Virus record (IMG/VR): IMGVR_UViG_3300009684_000026 | Strand: one strand, 5' to 3' | Length of the DNA: 34,018 nt | Source of the DNA: an uncultured virus (IMG/VR IMGVR_UViG_3300009684_000026) | Lineage: Duplodnaviria; Heunggongvirae; Uroviricota; Caudoviricetes | Shown here: in pieces, positions 17,776 through 25,505 of the stretch | Layout: each line of letters begins with the position of its first letter | Numbering within the stretch: the first letter of the stretch is position 1 | Translations under genes and position numbers: made by a program | The notes under the pieces: model-generated | Database searches by the model: none | Told to the model about the DNA's origin: nothing | Seen by the model: only the letters and a program-made list of their open reading frames with translations

Positions 17776-18031
17776 AAAGGGTGGAGCTTGGTTAGCAAAC
17801 GTAAGCCTTCTTACCCCGGCAGTTGATGCTGGAAATCCAAACTCAATGCAACCAGCAGAAGCTGTTAGTTCAGAAGCTGCGTGGAAGAATGCTTCCGCAG
17901 GTAAGCGTTGGATTAAGGAACAGGTAGTAGCGATGACACCTCGCAAGAGTGTCAAACTAGTGCCATCAAAAGTTGATGCAGAAACTGACAAGCCAACCGC
18001 ATTTGTTGGAGTATTGGAGTTTAAGTCGTGA
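17723..18031 (+). CDS. Hypothetical basic protein
   Basis: GTG start with SD GAAAGGA; 102 aa. Confidence 0.7.
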   Translation: MPKKITKKFTATLTLNTEKGGAWLANVSLLTPAVDAGNPNSMQPAEAVSSEAAWKNASAGKRWIKEQVVAMTPRKSVKLVPSKVDAETDKPTAFVGVLEFKS

Positions 18032-18147
18032 GTACAGATAACCTATACAAAGACCCTGATTTTCTTGAGTACTTAGAAGAGAACTCAGTTTCTGAAGAGG
18101 AAAAGCCAATTGCATTTGCTCAATGGCTAAAGGAAAACGCAGAATAA
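18028..18147 (+). CDS. Unannotated 39-aa acidic protein
   Basis: MSTDNLYKDPDFLEYLEENSVSEEEKPIAFAQWLKENAE*; GTGA overlap and GGAG SD. Confidence 0.6.
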   Translation: MSTDNLYKDPDFLEYLEENSVSEEEKPIAFAQWLKENAE

Positions 18148-18150
18148 TAA

Positions 18151-18291
18151 GTGACGGAAGACGAGTTAGAACAAGCCCTAATGCATTTATATGAGTTGGG
18201 GCTTGTTTCTGTTGAATACGACGAAACTTTACAGGCAAAGATTAAACTGAATTATAACGGAGAACTGAAAGAGGGATCGCAGGATGTATGA
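18151..18291 (+). CDS. Unannotated 46-aa protein (winged-helix fragment-like)
   Basis: MTEDELEQALMHLYELGLVSVEYDETLQAKIKLNYNGELKEGSQDV*; fills the gap exactly and overlaps the next start. Confidence 0.6.
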   Translation: MTEDELEQALMHLYELGLVSVEYDETLQAKIKLNYNGELKEGSQDV

Positions 18292-19006
18292 CGTAAATGG
18301 GTTATCACCGTTAAAAAAACATTGGTTATTAAGAACTTCTAATATACCAAGAAGATTTATTGGATTAGAACCCAACGACATTATTGAACGAGTTGGAAGT
18401 TTTCCTCACGAAGTTTCGTCATGGATTGATGACGTAGCATCTGGTCAAGTTATAAAAAGCATTGGGAATATAGGGATTAACGGGGTTGGACTTGTCTTTG
18501 ATGGCGGTCCAGGGTTAGGAAAAACAACCCACGCAGTTGTAGCTGCTATGGAGATAGTACGGAATATGCCAGAAGACGAAGTGTTGGCAGCAAATTTGAT
18601 GGGTTTAAACCACAAAGAGTTTGGGTTAAAATTTCGCCCAGTGTATTACATGACGTATCCAGAGTTTTTGTCGCAGAAAAAGTCTGCCTTTGATATGGAC
18701 GGCGAAGACAAGCGTGAGATGAGTTATGAGTTAGATGGGTTTCACGGTCGTTGTAGGTTTGATTGGCTAAATGTGCGGGTTCTTATACTTGATGATTTAG
18801 GTAAAGAATACGGCTCTAAATACGACGACACATCTTTTGACGAGATTCTAAGGCTGCGGTATGACAAAGGCTTGCCTACAATTGTTACTACCAATGTTCG
18901 GTTAGAAAATTGGGAGGCTCAATATGGAGAAGCTATGGCAAGTTTTGCCAACGAAGCTTTCTTACGAGTGCCTATAATTGGTTCTGACTTACGAGGCGCA
19001 CAATGA
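18284..19006 (+). CDS. DnaC/IstB-like AAA+ helicase loader
   Basis: Walker A GGPGLGKT, Walker B LILDDLGKE, 'R.RYDKGLPTIVTTN', 'GSDLR'. Confidence 0.88.
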   Translation: MYDVNGLSPLKKHWLLRTSNIPRRFIGLEPNDIIERVGSFPHEVSSWIDDVASGQVIKSIGNIGINGVGLVFDGGPGLGKTTHAVVAAMEIVRNMPEDEVLAANLMGLNHKEFGLKFRPVYYMTYPEFLSQKKSAFDMDGEDKREMSYELDGFHGRCRFDWLNVRVLILDDLGKEYGSKYDDTSFDEILRLRYDKGLPTIVTTNVRLENWEAQYGEAMASFANEAFLRVPIIGSDLRGAQ

Positions 19007-19308
19007 GAGGATCAAGCGTGAGTTCTGAGTGGATGACGGTTCAGCAGTTCATATCCGCTCAAGGCATAGGTATCTTTGAGGTTGAGTTAGAGACAGAAAC
19101 TAAGGAAACTAGATGTAACTGCCCAGTATGGATAAAAAAACGGTCTTGTAAACATGTGTCTTTTGTTAACTCTAAAATAAAATACAACGGTCATTACTCA
19201 ATAAGTGTTCCGGTTGAAATACCGGAAGAATGGGCTGTTGAAGCTAGTCAAAACCCAAAGAAGTTTCGGGAGTTTGTAGTTAATTACGCCACCATAGAAG
19301 TGCTATGA
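19003..19308 (+). CDS. SWIM zinc-finger protein
   Basis: CxC-x8-CKH motif (CNCPVWIKKRSCKH). Confidence 0.75.
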   Translation: MRGSSVSSEWMTVQQFISAQGIGIFEVELETETKETRCNCPVWIKKRSCKHVSFVNSKIKYNGHYSISVPVEIPEEWAVEASQNPKKFREFVVNYATIEVL

Positions 19309-19721
19309 AAAACGGGGACATTTCAAACGTCTCCTCTCCACAAGTGATTGTTACAGCTACTCTTCTTTTGACTTTAAATTTAGAAGAAGAGAAACGTCTT
19401 TTAAGCAAAAAGAAACTTGTTAAAGTTGGAGAGATTGATTTATTAGCTGCTAACAAACTTTGGATTATGACAAACAATTACGGAGTTTCTTTAGAGCTTG
19501 CTGGTTTTGAGGATGAGGGTTGGACAGAAGAACTGCTTGACAAAGCTTTTGAAAAGTTAGAAAGACGTGCAGTCAACCCGTTTAATTATTGGCAACTTTA
19601 CGAAAGCCCACATGAAATTGTGGGATTGTTACCTTACCGTGCTAACCTCAAGGCAGTGATAGATGTCCCAGGCCGAGTTGCAATGTATGGCTCAGCAGGT
19701 GTACAACTAGACAATATTTAA
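19305..19721 (+). CDS. Hypothetical protein
   Basis: 138-aa ORF with ATGA overlap. Confidence 0.7.
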   Translation: MKNGDISNVSSPQVIVTATLLLTLNLEEEKRLLSKKKLVKVGEIDLLAANKLWIMTNNYGVSLELAGFEDEGWTEELLDKAFEKLERRAVNPFNYWQLYESPHEIVGLLPYRANLKAVIDVPGRVAMYGSAGVQLDNI

Positions 19722-19739
19722 TCCTTGAGGGAGGGTGCG

Positions 19740-19856
19740 ATGTTTTCAGTAGCAAATACAAATTGTTCAATGTGTCATTCACACAGTGTTGAACGTATCT
19801 ATATAAACAGTAACTCGTATTTACAATGCCAATCATGCGGAGAGCGGTGGAAGTGA
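19740..19856 (+). CDS. Unannotated 38-aa zinc-ribbon protein
   Basis: MFSVANTNCSMCHSHSVERIYINSNSYLQCQSCGERWK*; strong SD GGGAGG; TGATG coupling to DnaB. Confidence 0.7.
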   Translation: MFSVANTNCSMCHSHSVERIYINSNSYLQCQSCGERWK

Positions 19857-21118
19857 TGACAACAGATAACGAACAACGTTTAGTTAGTAAAATAATTGCT
19901 GATAGAACTATTACTCCAGTTCTTCAACGAGGAATAACAGATGGTTGGTTTTTAGACGACGATAACAGAAAAGTATGGTCGTTTATACGAAAGCATTACT
20001 CTGAGTACAGTGAAGTACCTACGCCAATAGTAATTGCAGATCATTACCCAAATTACAAAGTCGTGGTTGTTGAAGACAGCATTGAGTATTTGCTAGACAC
20101 GATGGTCGCTCTGCGTAGAAAGATGCTTACACGACAAGGCCTAGAGAATGCTGTGGAGTATTTACTCCCAACAAATGGTAACGACCACGAGTCAGCACTT
20201 CGTGCCATGGAACAGACTGTTTCTAAAGTAAACGAGCAGGGTGTACTTGGTACTCATGAAATTGATCTAAGTAAAAACACTGAAGAGCGTTTTAAAGATT
20301 ACGAAGCTATACAAAATCAAGCATTCCTTGGCATTCCAACAGGGTTCAAGGATATTGATGACGCGACGGCTGGATTACAGGGAGGACAATTAATAACTAT
20401 TATTGCTCCACCTAAAACTGGTAAGTCTCAAGTAGCTTTACAGATGGCGATAAACATTCACAAATTGGGCAAAGTTCCTATGTTTCAGTCTTTTGAGATG
20501 AACAACCACGAGCAACAACAGCGTCACGATGCGATGCGTGCTCACGTTGATCACGGAAGATTGCGGCGAGGAAAATTACTGCCAGAAGAATTAAGTAGAT
20601 ATGTGGACATGTTAAATAAGATGGAACTAGAACATCCTTTTCATTTAGTAGATGCGGTTAACGGAATTACTGTGTCTGCATTAGCGGCAAAGATTGAGCA
20701 GTTAAAACCAGACGTTGTGTTTGTTGATGGTGTCTATTTGATGCTTGATGATTTAACGGGAGAGATGAACACTCCACAGGCAATCACAAATATTACCCGT
20801 GCTTTAAAACGTTTGTCTCAAAAAGTAAACTTGCCAATTGTTATTACAACTCAAACTCTTCTTTGGAAGATGAGAGCAGGAAAAGTAACTGCAGATTCTA
20901 TTGGTTACTCATCGTCTTTTTTCCAGGATTCTGATGTAATTCTTGGTTTGGAGCCTGTAGAGGAAGATGACTCTATACGGTTATTGAAAGTCGTTGCATC
21001 GCGTAACTGCCCACCAAAAGAGACTTCTTTAACTTGGAAATGGGAGACAGGCTGTTTTCACGATGAGTCAACGATGATGAGTTGTCCATTTTGCTCTACT
21101 TGGGGCGGCAATGGTTGA
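19856..21118 (+). CDS. dnaB: Replicative DNA helicase, DnaB family
   Basis: 'GIPTGF..ID..T.GL..GQL', Walker A APPKTGKS, 'SFEM', 'VFVDG', 'LKRL......PIV..TQ', 'QDSDVIL'; start moved to ATG 19856. Confidence 0.93.
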   Translation: MTTDNEQRLVSKIIADRTITPVLQRGITDGWFLDDDNRKVWSFIRKHYSEYSEVPTPIVIADHYPNYKVVVVEDSIEYLLDTMVALRRKMLTRQGLENAVEYLLPTNGNDHESALRAMEQTVSKVNEQGVLGTHEIDLSKNTEERFKDYEAIQNQAFLGIPTGFKDIDDATAGLQGGQLITIIAPPKTGKSQVALQMAINIHKLGKVPMFQSFEMNNHEQQQRHDAMRAHVDHGRLRRGKLLPEELSRYVDMLNKMELEHPFHLVDAVNGITVSALAAKIEQLKPDVVFVDGVYLMLDDLTGEMNTPQAITNITRALKRLSQKVNLPIVITTQTLLWKMRAGKVTADSIGYSSSFFQDSDVILGLEPVEEDDSIRLLKVVASRNCPPKETSLTWKWETGCFHDESTMMSCPFCSTWGGNG

Positions 21119-22052
21119 TATTGAAAAGGTTCTGTTCAATTTAAATTTGATTTTAACTGCTCAACGCGGAGAAGAAGTGCAGGGGTTTTGCCCAATGCAC
21201 AAAGCTCGTACAGGAAAAGAAGATAACAACCCTTCTTGGTGGATTAACTCTGTTACAGGAGCGCATTTTTGTTTTTCATGTGGTTACAAAGGAAACGTCT
21301 TTACATTAGTTGCTGATATAAAAGGTATTGAATATTTTGATGCTAAAGACTATGTAGAGTCTAGTCAAGAGTTAGATGTTAATGTTTTATTAAGGCGATT
21401 GCGTGAACTGCCTCAATATGTTTCAAAGCAAGAAGAGACTATTCCAATATCAGAGGCTCTGCTTGCTTTTTACGATGCTCCGCCTGCAAAAGAATTACGG
21501 AAAAGGTTTATAAGCGTGGAGGCAGCCAAGCACCACAATATCTTGTGGGACAAAATTAATAGCGCATGGATTGTTCCTATAAGAGACCCAAATGATTACA
21601 GTTTGTGGGGATGGCAAGAGAAAGGCGCACGTGGAAGGTTTTTTAAGAACCAACCACAGGGAGTAAAGAAGTCTAGGACTGTTTTTGGCGTAGAAGTAAT
21701 GTCTACTAAATCGTTGGTTGTTGTAGAATCACCTTTAGATGTACCACGCTTAGCTACGGCAGGAGTGGAAGGGGCAATCTCTACTTTTGGAGCAATCATT
21801 AGCGAAGAACAAGTAAAGATTATGCGAAGAGCCGAAAGGGTTATAGCCGCTTTTGACAAAGACGATGCAGGTAAGCACGCTAATGAGTTAATCCGTGGTT
21901 TTGCTCGCAAATATGGGATTGAGCTTTCTTACTTTAACTACACTGGAATCAATGTAAAAGACCCAGGTGATATGACGGAGAAAGAAATTCATCAGGGCAT
22001 AAATAATGCTCGTGATGCGGTACATGGTAAAGAGGCTTACAGATGGTATTAG
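21111..22052 (+). CDS. dnaG: DNA primase (CHC2 zinc finger + Toprim)
   Basis: CPMH...CFSCG; 'VVVESPLD', 'AFDKDDAG', 'KDPGDM'. Confidence 0.92.
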   Translation: MVDIEKVLFNLNLILTAQRGEEVQGFCPMHKARTGKEDNNPSWWINSVTGAHFCFSCGYKGNVFTLVADIKGIEYFDAKDYVESSQELDVNVLLRRLRELPQYVSKQEETIPISEALLAFYDAPPAKELRKRFISVEAAKHHNILWDKINSAWIVPIRDPNDYSLWGWQEKGARGRFFKNQPQGVKKSRTVFGVEVMSTKSLVVVESPLDVPRLATAGVEGAISTFGAIISEEQVKIMRRAERVIAAFDKDDAGKHANELIRGFARKYGIELSYFNYTGINVKDPGDMTEKEIHQGINNARDAVHGKEAYRWY

Positions 22053-22222
22053 ATGCTCGTGGGTTACCTACACATGCTTGCCCTAATTGTGGTCATTTAG
22101 TTTTTAAAATAAAAGCAATGTTTGATGATTATGACATTTCTCTTTGGTTTACGGACGGTGAATGTGACGATTGTGGAACTTTGTTGACTGTTCCTACTCC
22201 GTTGGATAATCCGTATGTTTAA
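22043..22222 (+). CDS. Unannotated 59-aa zinc-ribbon protein
   Basis: MVLDARGLPTHACPNCGHLVFKIKAMFDDYDISLWFTDGECDDCGTLLTVPTPLDNPYV*; AGAGG SD; fills the primase-helicase gap. Confidence 0.8.
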   Translation: MVLDARGLPTHACPNCGHLVFKIKAMFDDYDISLWFTDGECDDCGTLLTVPTPLDNPYV

Positions 22223-23825
22223 AGGAATTTTGAAACCGTACCAAGTTGAGGCAGTAGCCAAAATGGTAGAAAGAAAGAAAATGTTAGTGGCATATGAGAT
22301 GGGCCTTGGTAAAACTCCCATGACAATTGCTGCATTAGAACAGTTAAAAGAAAATGACGATATCAATAAACCTATCTTAGTTATTGCTTTATCAAGTTTG
22401 AAATATCAATGGGAAAAAGAAGTACTTAAATTTTCAGATGCAACGACTCAAGTAATTGACGGAAATAAAACTCAAAGAGAAACACAATGGATGAAGGGGA
22501 CCGAACAGAACTCGTATGTAATTTGTAATTATGAGTCTGTAGTAAACGATTGGAATTTTATTCAAGCTTATCAATGGGGCGCTGTTGTTTGTGATGAAGC
22601 TACAGCAATAAAAGGGTTTAAAGCACAACGTTCTAAATACGTAAAAAAATTGTCTAAAGAGGTTAAGGTTAGATTTGCTTTAACTGGTACTCCAATTGAG
22701 AATGGTCGCCCAGAAGAACTCTATTCAATAATGCAATTTGTAGACCCAAATGTATTAGGTCGTTTTGATCTTTTTGATCAAACTTTTATTGTACGTAACC
22801 ATTTTGGCGGTGTACAACGGTATAGGAATTTGCCTATTTTTCATGAAAAAATGAAACAAGTAGCAGTTCGCAAAACTCAAAAAGACTCCGATGTAGCCCC
22901 GTATCTTCCAAAAACTATTCATCTTGAACCCATACTCGTACCGTTAGACAAGCACAATAAAGAACTTTACAAAACAATTTCTGGGCATTTAATACAAGAA
23001 CTTCACGAAGCTAAAGAACTTATGGGTGGATCATTTTCTTTAGAAGCGCACTATGGTCATGGGTATCAAGTTGGCAGCCCTGATGATAAACTACGGGGTT
23101 CTATAATGACCAAAATAACGGCTTTAAGAATGCTATGCGATTCACCTCAATTACTAATTGAAAGTTCAAACAAATTCCACAATGGATGGCAGGATATAAA
23201 TGGCGAACAAGTCAACTTGGAAGGTTCTAGGGGCGGCAGTGTTTACGTGGCTGGGCTTAAAAGTTCTGGAGGTTTGGCTAAAGCGAAAAAAGCCCCAAAA
23301 TTAAACGCTGTAATTGAATACGTTGTTGAGCACTTGGACGCCAACGAAGACCACAAAGTAGTTATTTTTACTTGTTATTTAGGAATGTTACCCCTTATAC
23401 AAGAAGCTTTGTCTAACAAAAAAATTACCAGTACGATCTACAGCGGTACATTAAACGCTAAAGAAAAAGAAGAATCTAAAACTCTTTTTCAAACGTCTAA
23501 AGACGTTAGGGTTTTGATTTCATCCGATGCAGGTGGGTATGGTGTAGATTTGCCACAAGCTAACATGTTGGTAAACTTAGACTTACCTTGGTCTTCTGGA
23601 AGTGCTGTTCAAAGAAACGCCCGAATACGACGCGCCTCTAGCCAATGGTCCCATGTTGTAATTCAAGACTTTCTAGTGCTAGACTCTATTGAAGAAAGAC
23701 AACACCAAATGTTGATGCAAAAAAACGCTGTTGCAGACGCTGTAATGGACGGAGAAGGCATAAATAATAAAGGTGGAGTAGACTTAACAATAGGTAGTCT
23801 GTTGAATTTCCTGAAGGGGGAATAA
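22215..23825 (+). CDS. SNF2-family SF2 helicase
   Basis: 'MGLGKT', 'DEAT', 'LTGTPIEN', 'AGGYGVDL', 'QRNARIRR'. Confidence 0.92.
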   Translation: MFKGILKPYQVEAVAKMVERKKMLVAYEMGLGKTPMTIAALEQLKENDDINKPILVIALSSLKYQWEKEVLKFSDATTQVIDGNKTQRETQWMKGTEQNSYVICNYESVVNDWNFIQAYQWGAVVCDEATAIKGFKAQRSKYVKKLSKEVKVRFALTGTPIENGRPEELYSIMQFVDPNVLGRFDLFDQTFIVRNHFGGVQRYRNLPIFHEKMKQVAVRKTQKDSDVAPYLPKTIHLEPILVPLDKHNKELYKTISGHLIQELHEAKELMGGSFSLEAHYGHGYQVGSPDDKLRGSIMTKITALRMLCDSPQLLIESSNKFHNGWQDINGEQVNLEGSRGGSVYVAGLKSSGGLAKAKKAPKLNAVIEYVVEHLDANEDHKVVIFTCYLGMLPLIQEALSNKKITSTIYSGTLNAKEKEESKTLFQTSKDVRVLISSDAGGYGVDLPQANMLVNLDLPWSSGSAVQRNARIRRASSQWSHVVIQDFLVLDSIEERQHQMLMQKNAVADAVMDGEGINNKGGVDLTIGSLLNFLKGE

Positions 23826-23826
23826 A

Positions 23827-24264
23827 ATGGCAAGAGTAAAGCCAGAAGAACTTAGAAATTTAGAGGATAACGATTTATTTGCTCGTGCAAAAAAATACTC
23901 GTTCTTAAAATCTCAATTAGACTTTTTAGAGAAAGAACAAAAAGCTTTGCGTTTAGAGTTATTTGAAGTTTTGGATTTAGAAGGTGAAGAAGACGACAAA
24001 GGTAACCTTGTTCTTGAATTACCAAAAGAAGTAGATGGTTATTCCGCTGTAATGAAACAGCGTCGTGTCTCTAGAAAAATTGATGAATTAAAAGCAGAAG
24101 AAATCATTACTGAAAAAGGTATGGAAGATACCTTGTACAAAACTATTCGTGTTGTTGATGAAGATGCGCTTATGGCTGCTCTATACAACGACGTTCTTAC
24201 AGAGGCTGAAGTTGATGAGATGTACCCACATTCAATTACTTGGGCTTTGGTCTTAAAGAAGTAA
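23827..24264 (+). CDS. Hypothetical protein (coiled-coil N-terminus)
   Basis: 145-aa ORF; SD AAGGGGG. Confidence 0.7.
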   Translation: MARVKPEELRNLEDNDLFARAKKYSFLKSQLDFLEKEQKALRLELFEVLDLEGEEDDKGNLVLELPKEVDGYSAVMKQRRVSRKIDELKAEEIITEKGMEDTLYKTIRVVDEDALMAALYNDVLTEAEVDEMYPHSITWALVLKK

Positions 24265-24266
24265 CT

Positions 24267-24740
24267 ATGGCTGGTCTCCGTAGCAACGACGAGATTGAAC
24301 AAGCATTTGCTGATTTGGAATACATTCCAGGTTCAAAGAAGAAACGTCGTGAACCAGACCAAAAGGTTTCTCGCCGTAAAAGCGGTGAGACTAATGGTTG
24401 GGATTCAAACCCAACCATGAAAACATTAGGAGGGCAAGAAACAGAGGTTTTTACCATTGGTGCGTTAGCGCAAGCTTTGGAAAAACAAATTGTTACTGTT
24501 CGCCTGTGGGAGCGTAAAGGGTACATACCTAGAGCACCATACAGACTTCGTGCCAAAACTCTTGGCGGTAAGAAGACTGGTGGTAATCGTGTGTATACTA
24601 GGGCGCTCATTGAAGCTACAGTTGACGAATTCGCCAAACGTGGCTTAATCGGCTCCTCTCGTGTAGAGTGGGGCCAGCACGAAGACCTTACAGAAGCTTT
24701 AATTAGCCGATGGAAGACCATTACACAAACCGAGAGCTAA
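24267..24740 (+). CDS. MerR-like HTH DNA-binding protein
   Basis: 'FTIGALAQAL....VTVRLWERKGYIP....R...GGNRVYT'; start set at ATG 24267. Confidence 0.8.
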   Translation: MAGLRSNDEIEQAFADLEYIPGSKKKRREPDQKVSRRKSGETNGWDSNPTMKTLGGQETEVFTIGALAQALEKQIVTVRLWERKGYIPRAPYRLRAKTLGGKKTGGNRVYTRALIEATVDEFAKRGLIGSSRVEWGQHEDLTEALISRWKTITQTES

Positions 24741-24766
24741 TACGCCTCATAACCGAAAGAAGAACC

Positions 24767-25435
24767 ATGCCCATTACAAAACCGTTAATTGATTCTGATA
24801 GCTATGTTGCTGATGACAGTGAAGAACTGCTCGTTGATGAAACTGAGACAACTCAGAGCAACAACATCCAAGAAGGTTGGGATGCAGCAGACAGTCTGTT
24901 GAATTCAAACCCTTCTGAGTTCCCAACTGATTTTCGTTTTTCAGAGGAAACTCAGTTAATTAAGTTCTTGCAGGATCGCCCATTTGCAACGTATCAACAA
25001 CATTGGCTTGATGCCATTATCAAAGGCAAAAAGTCTTTTGTTTGTATGGGAGATGGTTGCCCACTTTGCGAAATCCTTGGCGATAAGCCTCGTGGAAAGT
25101 TTGCGTTCAATGTCTTTGTAATTACCGGTGAAACTACTGGAGTACAAGTTTTGACTGCACCACCTTCACTAGCGCGTCAAATCAAAAAAGCTCATGATGA
25201 TGAGCGTAAGGGCCCACTTGATCGTGAGTTCTGGGAAATTTCTCGCATGGGAACAGGACCGACGACACAGTACACCCTCAACTATGTTCGTGGTCGTGAC
25301 CTTGCTGAGGAATGGAAGTTGTCATTAGACGACGTTAATGAACAAATTGCAGCTGCAGTACCCTTCACTGCAGATGAAGTAGTCCGAGAGACCCCTCGCT
25401 CTGAACTTCTTGAAATTGCACGTTCTATAGCGTAA
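24767..25435 (+). CDS. Single-stranded DNA-binding protein (gp32-like)
   Basis: 'IKFL', 'QHW', 'C....CPLC', 'ISR.G.G..TQY'; located before the polymerase; start set at ATG 24767. Confidence 0.7.
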   Translation: MPITKPLIDSDSYVADDSEELLVDETETTQSNNIQEGWDAADSLLNSNPSEFPTDFRFSEETQLIKFLQDRPFATYQQHWLDAIIKGKKSFVCMGDGCPLCEILGDKPRGKFAFNVFVITGETTGVQVLTAPPSLARQIKKAHDDERKGPLDREFWEISRMGTGPTTQYTLNYVRGRDLAEEWKLSLDDVNEQIAAAVPFTADEVVRETPRSELLEIARSIA

Positions 25436-25445
25436 AACTTCCATC

Positions 25446-25486
25446 GTAAAGGGAGGCCTGTTTTCCGTTTCCAGGCCTCCCTTTAC
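25446..25486 (+). terminator. Perfect 15-bp hairpin after the SSB gene (terminator or mRNA stabiliser)
   Basis: gtaaagggaggcctg / caggcctccctttac with an 11-nt loop; weak U-tract. Confidence 0.75.
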
Positions 25487-25505
25487 TCTATTAGAGGGGA
25501 TTTTA

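Noticed and set aside
18284..19006. IS21 IstB helper indicating an insertion sequence
   Set aside because: No IstA transposase or terminal inverted repeats; the context is initiator-loader-helicase
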